Source: an uncultured Ruminococcus sp. (GTDB lineage Bacteria > Bacillota > Clostridia > Oscillospirales > Acutalibacteraceae). From it: 45,517 bases of DNA. Made by a program: the position numbers and the translations under genes. Each line of letters opens with the position of its first letter. The first letter of the stretch is position 1. Shown in pieces: positions 9,401 to 18,800 of the stretch. The stretch is taken from the NCBI GenBank assembly GCA_964575985.1, contig CAZNTP010000001.1:1-45517 (forward strand). Direction: 5' to 3'. The notes below the pieces were generated by a model. That model did no database searches. It was not told where the DNA came from and saw only the letters and a list, made by a program, of their open reading frames with translations.

Positions 9401-11194
9401 TGTCTGCCAAACGCCTCTCCAATTAAGATTTGGCATATTGGTTTTAGCCTGGGCGCCCTTCATTAAATCAGCGCTTTCAAGTCTTGTAACGCCTGTTTCA
9501 TCGGCAACTGCATCGCCCACACCGTAAACATTAGTAAAGGTCACCTTTGTATTCTGGTAACCGTTAAAGGCCATCGGAGTTGTAGCGAAACTATTGGTAA
9601 TCGTTCTTGTTGTATTCCATACGTTACCAATCATTGAACCTGTATTGCCACCGGCTGAAGTAATGTCTGCTAAAACTGCACAACTATCAATATTAATAGC
9701 GGTCTGACTTCCACCGTAAGCTACAATACCGGCGATACCGCTTGTACCTGTAGTGGTAAGCTTTACGGTTTCATCAATAACACATTTATTTATAGCAACA
9801 GTATTTTGGAAATATCCGATTAAAGCGGATACTTGAGCCGAAGAGGTAACATCCGCGTTGCTTATACGCAAATTAGATACGGTTGTATTACTCACCCTTG
9901 GCAATAAACCTATTAAATTAGCGCCGTTATAGTAAAGTCCGTGAATTGTGTGACCTGCACCGTCAATATTACCAATGAATATAGCTTTATTAACATCAAT
10001 ATAATCATACCAACTAATAGGCGAATTGCTTGCCCAATCAGCGTTTGATACATCGTTAAGATATATATCGGCAGTTAATTTATAATACTTATCTGTTGTT
10101 GTAATACCAAAGAAGAGCATTTTAGCTAATTGCTCAGGGGTTTCGATTAAATAGGGGTCAGCGGCTGTACCTGTACCGCCTGCAAAGTCATTTGCAATAA
10201 GACCACCCCAAGCTTCGCCCTTAACACCGTTAGGATTACGGTATATAGGATAACCGCTCTCGGTTACTGCCCAAACACCTCTCCAATCAAGGTTAGGCAT
10301 ATTGGTTTTGGCCTCAGCGCCCTTCATAAGTTCTGCGCTTTCAAGTCTTGTAACACCGTTTTCAGCAGTAACACTTGTTCCAACACCGTAGTTGTTACTC
10401 GAAGTTGTTAAATAATTCTTACCGTTAAAAAGCACTTCGGGTGTAGCAATTGTATTTGTTATTGTCTTAGGTTGACTTGCCGTATACCACAAATTACCAA
10501 AAATTGCACCTGCCATTACACTTGAACTTACTGTTCCAAAAAATGCACAATTATCAACAGTTACTGTACCTGTACCGTATGCAACAAAGCCACCTGCGCT
10601 GGCATTAGTATCGCTGCTAGTAGTTGTTAAGTTTACACTATCTGTTACATAACATTTGCTAATACTAATTGAATATCCACCGTATGAAAAACCAAACAAA
10701 GTAGCGACACGAATACCACTTGTTGTAAATTCACTATCAGAAACGGTAAGATTTTTAACCGAAACTGTGCCTCCTGCAAGACCGAAAAGCGAAATGTAAT
10801 CGCCACTTCCGTTATAGTAAGCACCATATACAGTATGACCGTCACCGTCTAAATTAGCTTGGAATTTAATGCCACTAACATCCCATTGGCGAGCGCTTTC
10901 CTTCCAATTTTCCTTGGTAATATCATTAAGATAAATATCTGCATTAAGCTTGTAATACAGACCGCTTGCCCCATCACCAAGGGTTGCTAAATAATAGAAC
11001 TGCTCGGGGGTTGCAATTAGGTATGGGTCTGCTTCTGTACCTGTACCGCCTGCAAATGCAGTTGCAGCCGTACCGTCCCAAACATCAAGCTCGGTACCCT
11101 CTGCCGATGCTACAAAAGGTAATCCTGCTATTGTTGAAAAAATCATGGAAATTGCTAAAATAACACTTAAAACTTTACTTAGTTTTTTATTCAT
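3422..11194 (-). CDS. Giant secreted multidomain protein (2590 aa). Order: signal peptide, 3 GLUG-like ~290-aa modules, CE2-like esterase, 3 more modules, dockerin, alpha/beta domain, GH16 glucanase
   Basis: Single uninterrupted ORF with RBS AAAGGAG and signal peptide MNKKLSKVLSVILAISMIFSTIAGLPFVASA. Six repeats carry the signature G-[ST]-G-T-x-x-D/N-P-Y-L-I-x-T-P-E-Q-L ... YYKLTADIYLND ... GxLDGxG[HY]T[IV]xG[LI]Y ... AGGFVA ... L[DE]SA[DE]LMKGxxAKTNMPNLxW..VW. Other domains are listed separately. Confidence 0.9.
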   Translation of the reverse strand: MNKKLSKVLSVILAISMIFSTIAGLPFVASAEGTELDVWDGTAATAFAGGTGTEADPYLIATPEQFYYLATLGDGASGLYYKLNADIYLNDITKENWKESARQWDVSGIKFQANLDGDGHTVYGAYYNGSGDYISLFGLAGGTVSVKNLTVSDSEFTTSGIRVATLFGFSYGGYSISISKCYVTDSVNLTTTSSDTNASAGGFVAYGTGTVTVDNCAFFGTVSSSVMAGAIFGNLWYTASQPKTITNTIATPEVLFNGKNYLTTSSNNYGVGTSVTAENGVTRLESAELMKGAEAKTNMPNLDWRGVWAVTESGYPIYRNPNGVKGEAWGGLIANDFAGGTGTAADPYLIETPEQLAKMLFFGITTTDKYYKLTADIYLNDVSNADWASNSPISWYDYIDVNKAIFIGNIDGAGHTIHGLYYNGANLIGLLPRVSNTTVSNLRISNADVTSSAQVSALIGYFQNTVAINKCVIDETVKLTTTGTSGIAGIVAYGGSQTAINIDSCAVLADITSAGGNTGSMIGNVWNTTRTITNSFATTPMAFNGYQNTKVTFTNVYGVGDAVADETGVTRLESADLMKGAQAKTNMPNLNWRGVWQTTENDYPTYRDSNGVKGEAWSGAVADNFAGGSGTEADPFLIETPEQLAKMVKGGDTTGGYYKLTADIYLNDVAQADWKDNAPLSWYDRAAINNTAFVGNLDGAGYTIHGLYYTGASLFGLFPQASNTTITNLRISNSYVNSTERVAALVGFAQNTVTFKKCIVDETVSLTNTIASGGQEGIGGFVAYGSPNVFIEDSAVMATINSNTTNSKGAFIGNCWSTSVQRSISFSYTTSELPLAGHVSHGISVNNTYRIGEDPSASIITGSAIALDSADLMKGAAAKTNMPLLDWGIWSVTESGFPVISGEKPEGYYTIEELEGLYKTQGRTELLNNTLYIDWSASGIEFNAECSGNVVVTFNTDKIVKGATDGIYFTVVVDGIVQYENLRMPEDTASDSWLSNSTGYPYHIQTAGKSMFVIAKDLPAGKHTFAIYNQTEAEKASYGITAIDLNGEFVAPPEDNELYIEFIGDSITANAGILTDSSGENTTLYQDATRGWPYLTAKALGADWSVLAKSGITAGNGYGWYGENGASMQTVYPKTRYYANNTSDYAFTRQPDVVVLGLGTNDMWTYADYDKTKADVEAEFEAMIALVREKNPNAKIVWVYGMMRDDATSIIKKAVADMGGKSSGIYSLELPTSTDGAKGHPSLEVQTTYAQKLSAYITDLINEVPDEDEIWNGTLEKFTNGSGTAADPYLIENAEQLAYMVAMGDETSGKYFKLTTNIYLNDVSASNWTDSAKEWNGKSSVNDVAFQGTLDGAGHKIYGLYINGSDSQYTGLVSKTSGTATFKNVIISDSHIVNNYSSNASASAFVGLGSGTVNFEKCGITESVEVISAVVAGGFVANGNCVVNISDSYSLGHFESLVDPVAQPSLYRRGSMVGGIYWSSGGTRNVTITNSFAKEAFSTYYVGTITNSYTAEQLDTETFTVTQAPYVEDSLMKGAAAETNMPNLDWKAVWTTTDSGYPIHRNTNGVKGEVWTGVIAEDYAAGSGTALNPYVIETPEQLAKMLIEGTSETGKYYVLGADIYLNDVSKADWASNSPNSWYDRAAINYTAFVGTLDGAGYTIHGLYYNGSDRAALFPQASNTTITNLRISNADVTSSNAVAALVGYGQETLTFKKCIVDETVKITTTESGTGAAGFVAYNSPKVYIYDSAVMATITAPDTMGAFIGNIWGNTAAARVIKNSFSAANVPMTGHKSNSITVENCYNIGTENFAYTGTVNKLDSAELMKGANALDNMPLLTGFYATTSYPTVFYSGIEGTVWSGAVADKFAGGNGSSNNPYIIKTAEQLVRMLKTDSTGKYYELVADIKLNKDGATDNSWFTSKSEGIKAFKGTLNGNGYVVSGLYYNGSIEWNNTNVGFIPIASNAVISDLSLTDSSITLYSTLAESGASYVGGIIGFVDDDSRVIGCYVDDTVKLSNSFADNSNSQNAQVGGIIGGGDDSILIDGCIFTGELTWTEGARYGAAFADVWKGTGTKTIRNTFTANYVPTSVLVFNGLNNIGTVAPVTDTDLDSSYTVVENATGKEGLEAIAAINANDEFYWTEGFPALKATGMRMGDINGDRKGNALDMTALRKHILGVAEFGLTDLNEDGFSDVRDLVNLKKKGLDASALVDFEITSDYVITYDANNADLYSEALALKEYYLLNEGVALTVADADSAVAEKTIALTVDTNMGDGAYSVSQDGDNIVISGGHTQTVMMANREFLRSSQNGKISLFNLSSDFTSTAPIGDEYVYVWGDEFEQDSLDISKWDRYHRVWNQLSGTNDLVIDYSNSNSSTKVEDGLLKLHADNYIDNNDRYVVPATVSTKDSMSFKYGYLEMKAKIPFGTGCWPGFWMSSGRALNANQDADYTIEIDIFEQFASKDTVVPNIHKWYTDGSGKHTQWAGEDVYTFTEWENLNNEYHLYGFKWTPTEITMYVDGVAYYTYDLTNNFDGISDMSGFDTAVSVLINNHLFTQNSSYKPYVGCEIENAEENLPAEYYIDWIRLYQNGEGELNLAN
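3425..4225 (-). other. GH16 (beta-glucanase/laminarinase-like) catalytic domain of the 2590-aa protein
   Basis: Motifs: YVWGDEFEQDSLDISKW start, GCWPGFWM, the catalytic E-x-D-x-x-E motif EIDIFE (rc of 3845-3862), and a YGFKWTP...DWIRLYQ tail. Confidence 0.8.
4600..4750 (-). other. Dockerin-like duplicated calcium-binding segment, internal to the 2590-aa protein
   Basis: GDINGDRKGNALDMTALRKHILG ... DLNEDGFSDVRDLVNLKKK. These are two D-x-N-x-D-G-type loops, each followed by a helix, as in type-I dockerins. Confidence 0.7.
7405..8480 (-). other. CE2-like carbohydrate esterase insert (beta-sandwich plus SGNH hydrolase) in the middle of the module array
   Basis: A beta-sandwich-like segment (LYIDWSASGIEFNAECSG...HTFAIYNQTEAEK) is followed by the SGNH blocks IEFIGDSITA (Ser codon rc of 7997-7999), LGLGTNDMW and DGAKGHPS. 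Confidence 0.6.
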
Positions 11195-11229
11195 AGAATT
11201 TGCTCCTTTCCATTGTTTGAATTTATAAA

Positions 11230-12816
11230 TTAATACGCTGTATCAAGAACTGCACCGTTATCATCCTTTTGATATAAGCGTATCCAATCCACAAAATACT
11301 CTGCGGGGAGGTCTGCGTGATAAATCTCGCAGCCATCATAAATCTTCCAAGTGCTAGACTGAGTAAATAAATGATTGTTAAAGATAATGTGAAGCTGTGC
11401 TTCCTCAAAGCCAATATTACCCGATTCACCGTTATCAAAGTTTTTGGTGATGTCATAGGTGTAGTAGGCTTCACCGTCGATATACATTATCATCTCGGTA
11501 GGTGTCCACTCGAAACCGTAAATGTGGTATTCATTTACAAGGTTTTCGGCATTCTCAAATGTATAGCCCTCACGCGAAGCATCTGTTTCATCAGCCCACA
11601 TAGTATGATCACCTAAGTGATACCATTTATGAACATTAGGCGCCAAGCTATCTATACTTGAGAAGACCTCAAAAATATCAACCTCAATAGTGTAATCAGC
11701 CTTGTATTTACCTATTGTTCCGTAGGAGTTTGCGCTGCTCATCCAGAAGCCAGGCCAACAGCCACGCTTAAAGGGCACCTTGGCGCGCATTTCGAGATAA
11801 CCGTATCTAAAACTCATTTCGTTCATTGAGGTTACCGACCAGGGACAAGCGAATTCCGCACCGCCGATTTTTGGGTTATAGTACCTTCTTGCAAACATCT
11901 TTAAATATCCGTTTTCAAGTCGGATTGCTTCCTCAGAATCGTCCAACGCGATTTCGGCATTTCCTGCCATTTTGGTTGATAAATTCCATTTCTTTGTGTT
12001 TAACTCGGCAGCCTCGAACTCGTCACCCCAAACATAAGTATAACCGTTGGGCTTTGTGGAAGAAAACTCCTGTTTTTCATCAAAAACATTAGCTTTGCCT
12101 TTAGTTCTTTCAAGTCTTGTGAAAAGCTCAACCGCTTTTTCGGTCATAGTGTCATGACCGCCGCCGAAAATGAGCTTGCCATCCTTAACCTCGGCAAAAT
12201 AACTGCCCTCTTCACACTTTTTCGTGTATCGGCTTGTATTGCCAATCAAAATTTCTTTTGATTTGGCGGCGGTGCTGTCATCCTTTATTTCGAGTTCAAC
12301 ACCGTCTGTCTTTTTAAAATAATCCTTTAGTGTTTCAGCTGCATATTTTAAAGTTTTGTTTCCCTTGGGATAAATTATGGTATATCCTTTAGGACCGTCC
12401 CAGCCTACGCTTTCGCTCTCGAAAGCGATATCGGCTTCATATTTTGAAGCCTCTATGCTCTCAACCGTGGGAATAAAGCGGTCTGTAACATAATTGTCAA
12501 CCTCATCTTCGGTTTCATCCTCAGAATCATCCTCCGCTTCACCGTCATTGTCTTCCGTATCGCTTTCGGTGTCACTCTCGGTTGTATCATCTGAACCGCT
12601 CTGTGTATCACTTTCAGTTTCATCCTCAGAGTCACTCTCGGTGTCGCTTGCGGTTTCATCCTCAGCACTACTATCGGTATTGTTTTCTGTAGTTTCGCTA
12701 TTAACCGATGAAGCATCCGTCGGTTTCTTTTGAGGTTTCTTCTCGTTATCACCGCAACCGCAAACCGCCAAAACGATTAAGAAACACAATAAAATACTTA
12801 GTATTCTTTTAAACAT
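11230..12816 (-). CDS. Lipoprotein with acidic S/T/D/E linker, alpha/beta domain and GH16 beta-glucanase domain
   Basis: 528-aa ORF with RBS AAAGGAG and lipobox LAVCGC. It has an acidic low-complexity segment (SDTESDSEDETESDT...). GH16 motifs: YVWGDEFEAAELNTKKW, GCWPGFWM, EVDIFE (rc of 11668-11685), YGFEWTP...DWIRLYQ. It is paralogous to the C-terminus of the 2590-aa protein. Confidence 0.9.
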   Translation of the reverse strand: MFKRILSILLCFLIVLAVCGCGDNEKKPQKKPTDASSVNSETTENNTDSSAEDETASDTESDSEDETESDTQSGSDDTTESDTESDTEDNDGEAEDDSEDETEDEVDNYVTDRFIPTVESIEASKYEADIAFESESVGWDGPKGYTIIYPKGNKTLKYAAETLKDYFKKTDGVELEIKDDSTAAKSKEILIGNTSRYTKKCEEGSYFAEVKDGKLIFGGGHDTMTEKAVELFTRLERTKGKANVFDEKQEFSSTKPNGYTYVWGDEFEAAELNTKKWNLSTKMAGNAEIALDDSEEAIRLENGYLKMFARRYYNPKIGGAEFACPWSVTSMNEMSFRYGYLEMRAKVPFKRGCWPGFWMSSANSYGTIGKYKADYTIEVDIFEVFSSIDSLAPNVHKWYHLGDHTMWADETDASREGYTFENAENLVNEYHIYGFEWTPTEMIMYIDGEAYYTYDITKNFDNGESGNIGFEEAQLHIIFNNHLFTQSSTWKIYDGCEIYHADLPAEYFVDWIRLYQKDDNGAVLDTAY

Positions 12817-12844
12817 ATATAATTTCTACTCCTTTCAGCGGTAA

Positions 12845-15800
12845 TTAAACTTTAGTTTTGCGTTTTTTTATAATAACCACAGCAACTACTGCTCCCGCGA
12901 TCAAAACTGCCAAAACCACAGCGGACAATATAATTAACCAAAGATAACTTGTCTTATCGGCCTTTTGGGTTTTCTTATTATTGTCCTTAGAATTAGATAC
13001 TTCTTTGGAGGATTCATCCTCGTCATCTTCTGTACCATCCTCAACCTCAGATTCCGTTTCGTCCTCATCCGAATCGTCAAACTCAGGCAACTCCTCATCG
13101 GTATCCTGCCAATAGTCATCAAAATCGAATTCATCGTCTTCCGTATCGGTCGGATTTGAAGTATCCTCAATATCTTCGTCATCCTTGCCAGCAGGTTGCT
13201 TGTCAGACTCATCCTTTTCATCCGAGTCCTTAATACCAACATATCTTAATGTTGTTACCATAAAATCATCAAAGAATATGCTGGCGTTACCTGTTGTTCT
13301 GATAGCTATCCACTGAGTTTTAGCCACAAACTTATAGGTAACCTCTATCCATTCGCCGCTACTTATACTATCGAACTTTTTAATCAGCTCAACACCCGAA
13401 TCGCTGTCATATATATCGGGCCAATCTTCGTGCACAAGGGATAAATCAAATGAAGTATCTTCGGTATCGGTGCTTACATAGAATTTCATTTCATACTCGG
13501 TGCCGACCTTTAGCAAATCTTCATAGAAAACAAGGAAATCAGCGTCGTAATCCTCATTTCCGATTCTATGCATACTTGAAACTCCGCCTTTTACATAGCT
13601 ACTGTCATAAGCAAAGGTTCCCGGACGGTAGTATTCATAATCCTCGCCGTAGTCATACATAGTATTTGCATAATCCTCGAAATCCTGAATAAAGCTGGTC
13701 TTTTCCCATTTAGCATAAAGTGTCTGATCAAAGTAGGGGAAGAAATCGTATGTATACTCTATATCAAGCTCTTTGTAAACAAACCAACCTGCAAACTTAT
13801 AGCCTTCTCTTTCGGGGGTTGGTAACTTTAATGCATCCTCAGGGTTACCGTACATATTCTCACATTCGGTACCGCCATTGCTTATGAATGTAATCTCAAT
13901 AGGCTTAGGATCGGTTGTGTTCGAGAATTTATCGGTTGTTCCAAATACTCTGAGCACAGGTGTTCCGTTAGGTAATGCGTACCAAACCTTATCGAAATCC
14001 AAGCCCTTCATATTCTTTTTAGCTGCATCGCCGCGCATCATAAGTACACTTATTCTTGTCTGGAAAGAGCTAAGACCTAAATATGTAGAATAGTTGTCAA
14101 CATAATCAATAGTAGAGAATGAGTTGGATATACCCGCTCTGCCCGCCGCAAGATAATCACTATCAGCAGTAGCGGAATAGCATCTTCTTACTGCGGCATT
14201 TGTATACTGTGATTGAAGCCAGGTATCGCCGATAATTGCGCCGCCCTTTAGACTAAAGTTGAGTTTACCCACAAAGTAGCAGTCTTCAATAACTACAGGT
14301 CTAGGCACACCGCAGACAATACCGCCTGTGCCTCTTCCCTCTAAATAAACCGATGTGCTACCAAAGCACTGTGAAATATAGGCAGGGTCACGAGGAGCGT
14401 TATCATCCTTATAGAATACAGAGCCCGCAATACCTGCAACATAGTTACCCTGTATCGATTCGTCGGTCATTTTAACTCTCATATATGCGTCAGATATACC
14501 AACCTTTTCGATAACGGCGCCATCGGTAATTGCTGAGAAGAGACCTGCATAAACAACCTCTGTTGTCTGCAACAGATCCAAATACATACCGTAAATTACA
14601 TGACCGTCGCCGTCAAAATGACCGTCAAAGCCGGTATCCTTTGAGGAAGAAGACCAATACCAATGGTTTGGATTGTTCTCTTTCCAATCTTCCTTTGAAA
14701 CGTCATTAAGATAAATATCAGCTGCTAGCTTGTAATATTTATCTCTGCAAACTGTAAGGTTAGAGCAAAGCTTTGCCAACTGCTCAGGGGTTTCGATAAT
14801 ATAGGGGTCATCCTTTGTTCCGTTACCGCTGGCATAGCTATCAGCCGCAGCACCCGACCAAATACCGCCGACTGTTCCTTTGTAGACCGTGAAATTGAGA
14901 ACGGGGAATCCGTTTTCGTCTTCAAACCACATATTTTTCCAGTCAAGCAAAGGCATATTAGTCTTAGCGTTCTCGCCCTTCATTAAAGCAATATCGCTTA
15001 TAATAGTAGGTTGAGCTATCTCAACATCGGTAAGCTTCTCTGAAGAGTAGCTATCCAATATCTTTCCTATATAATAGTTGGTAAAGGCTTCTTTTGCAAA
15101 GCTCTGATTTACAGAAACCGTTCTGTCTGTCGTAGCAGACCAATAAATACCGCCAACCATAGAGCCGTGTCTCTTGGGAGATTCAAAATGCCCCAAAGAA
15201 GCGGAATTTTCAATATATATCTTTCCGCTACCGTTAGCAACAAAGCCTGCGGCTGTGTTTGCAGTTTTACAAATTACGCTTTCGGTAATATAGCATCTGT
15301 CAAATCTTGCAGTTGCGCCTGCGGTTATCCAACCAATAAACGCAGCAGCAGAGCCTTCCTCGCTGTTAGCTTCTATGTAAGCGTCGGAAATAACAATTCT
15401 TTTGAATGATACGCTTCCGTCAGCGCGGGAAACCAAGCCTATGCTTGCTTTATCTGAGCCGCTATAATACATACCGTATACCGTATGACCTGCGCCGTCC
15501 AAATTACCTTGGAAAACACCGCCGGTGCCAACCCAGGACACAGCAAAATCGATCCAATTCTCTGCAGAAACATCATTCAGCTTAATGTCGGCAGTAAGCA
15601 CATAGTATTTACCGCTTGTAGCGTCGCCGTCGGTTGCCATTTTTGCAAGCTCGGCACCGTTAGAGATTTTGTAAGGATTCTTTTCGCTACCGTCACCGCC
15701 TGCAAAGCTATCGGCAATAGTACCGTTCCAAACGGTAGTATCCATATCGCCCATATCCATATATACAGGATAACCCGTCTCGGAAGGCTTCCATACATTT

Positions 15801-18800
15801 ATCCAATTAAGCTTTGGCATATTGGTTTTAGCCTGGGTGCCCTTCATTTTGTCAGTACTGTCAAGCCTTATAACGCCGTTTTCGGCAGTAAGTGTTGTTC
15901 CAACACCGTAGTTGCTCTTTGAACTGTCACTTATAGTCTGCTTACTGTTAAAAGGAATCTCGGCAGAAGCGAAGCTGTTGGTGATTATTTTGGTGGAATT
16001 CCAAACATTACCAATCATTGAAGCTTTATGTACCGGAGATTCTACAGTTCCAAGGAATGCCGAGCTATCAATTGTTATAGTACCGTTACCGTAAGCCACA
16101 AAGCCTGCGGCAGAGGTTTGAACCTCATCACTACAGGTTGAGATAACCTCAACACTTTCATTAGCGTATACCCTTGAAATATCAATATTGGAGCCCGAAG
16201 ATACAAATCCTATAAGCGCAGAAGCCGCATATCCCGAGGTTTCCATATGACAGCTTGAAAGGAATAAATTACTGATACTCACATTGCCCTTTACTCTTGT
16301 AAATAGACCTACATAATTTTCTGTACCTGTATAGTAAAGTCCTGAAACGGTATAACCTGCGCCGTCAAAATTGCCTTGGAAATAGTTTCCTGTTATTACC
16401 CATTTATTTGCATAATTTTTCCAATCGGCGTCAGTTACATCATTAAGCTTTATGTCATTAGCCAATACGTAATATTTGCCAGCGGTGGCATCACCGTCGG
16501 TTACCATTTTGGCAAGCTGTGCGCCGTTAGTAATTATATAAGGTGTAGCCTTTTCACCGTCACCGCCGGCAAAATCGGTTGCTACCGTGCCGTCCCAAAC
16601 AGTCGGGTCGATTATTACTTCGCCAACATATTCGGGATAACCTGTTTCGGTGGTTTTCCAAACAGTCTTCCAATTAAGGTTTGGCATATTGGTTTTAGCC
16701 TGGGTGCCCTTCATTAAGTCAGCACTGTCAAGCTTGGTAACTGTTCCGGTGTAATCCAGCGTTTCGGTTCCAACGCTATAACATTTCTCGACTGTGATTG
16801 AGTTTGTAGTGTGAGCAGTCATAGGAGCATCGGTTGCTGAAAAGCTATTTGTTATAGAACGGTCAGCTGCCGTATTTCCCCAAACATTTCCTATAAATGC
16901 ACCCTTGTATTCATTAGCCGTAATCGTTGCCATTACGGCAGAATCCTCAATATGAATCTTCGCTGTGCCGTAAGCCACAAAGCCTGCTATTCCCTTATCA
17001 CCTGATGCAATATTGTTAGCTAGTGTTACGGTTTCATCAACAATACATTTGCTAAATCTAAGGGTTTCTTTACCAAATCCCACCAACGCCGCAACTTTTT
17101 CTGTAGAATTTACATAAGCATTGCTTATACGCAAATTCTTAATAGTTGTATTGCTCGCCTGCGGGAAAAGTGCAAATATAGAAGAGCCATTATAGTAAAG
17201 ACCGTAAATGGTGTGTCCGTCACCGTCAAGATTGCCTACAAAAGCTATATTGTTTATATCGGCTCTATCGTACCAACGGTTAGGTGAATTTTCGGTCCAA
17301 TCAACCTGAGATATGTCGTTTAGCTTTATATCAGCTGTTAATTTGTAATAACCGCCCTCGGTATTTCCCTCTTTAACCATTTTGGCTAATTGTGACGGGG
17401 TTTCGATTAAATAAGGGTCTGTCTCTGTACCTGTACCGCCGGCAAATGCGGTTGCTACTGTACCGTCCCAAACAGTCGGGTCGATAACTACATCCCCCTT
17501 AAATTCAGGATAACCTGTTTCGGTGGTTTTCCAAACAGTCTTCCAATTAAGGTTTGGCATATTAGTTTTAGCCGCAGTGCCTTTCATTAATTCTACATTG
17601 CTCACATAAGTCGCCTGAACTACGGTAGAATCAAGTTGTTCGGCAGTATAACTGTTTGTAATTGAGGTTGCATAATAGTTTGTAAACGCTTCAATAGCAA
17701 AGCTGTTATTTATTGAAACATTTCTGCCGGCACCGCTTGACCAATAAATACCGCCAACCATAGAGCCTCTTCTATCGCGAGCAACACCCTGCGATTCAAA
17801 ATGGCCTAATGAAGCACAATTGGTAATATTAATCGTACCGCTACCATTAGCAACAAAGCCGCCGGCTACATTTGCAGCCACAACATTTACACTTTCGGTA
17901 ATGCGACATTTATCAAAGCTAACAGTCGAACCGCCGCTCAAATTACCTACAAAAGCAGAAGCAGCACCTTCAGAACTATGAGTATTCTTTATATAAGAGT
18001 CAGAAACTGTAAGGTTTTTAAAGGTTGCAGTTCCCTTTGTGCTTACAACCAAACCTGCGTTCCAACTGCCCGATACATCAAGGTAAATACCGTATACGGT
18101 ATAGCCTGCACCGTCCAAATTACCTTGGAAAGAAGCAGAGGTGAATTCACTGGCACCTACCCACATTGTAGCCGAATCGGTCCAATTAGTCTTGGATACA
18201 TCGTTAAGATATATATCTGCACCCAACACATAATATTTTCCGCTTGTAGCGTCGCCGTCTTTAACCATTTTGGCTAACTGCTCAGGGGTTTCGATTAAGT
18301 AAGGGTCTGTCTCTATACCTGTACCGCCCGCAAAATCAGTTGCAACTGTACCGTCCCAAACACCCTCTATATCAGATGGTGGTGTAACCTCAGTTTTAAA
18401 TATAGGATAACCGCTTGTCGTTGTAGCCCACACCTCATCCCAGTTAAGACCCGACATATTGGTTTTAGCAGCTTCACCCTTCATTAATTCTACATCACTT
18501 ACATAAGTCGCCTGAACTACAGTAGAATTAAGCTGTTCGGCGGTGTAGCTGTTTGTAATTGAGGTTGCAAAATAGTTAGTAAATGCTTCTTTAGCGAAGC
18601 TGTTATCTACATTAACAGCTCTTGTTCCCCATATACCTCCAACCATTGAACCTCTTCTGTCGCGTTTAACTCCAAGTGATTCAAAATGACCCAATGATAC
18701 AGAATTGGTAATATTAACTGTACCGCTACCGTTAGCAACAAAGCCACCTGCCACATTTGCGGCTATAGCATTTACGCTTTCTGTAACACGGCATTTATCA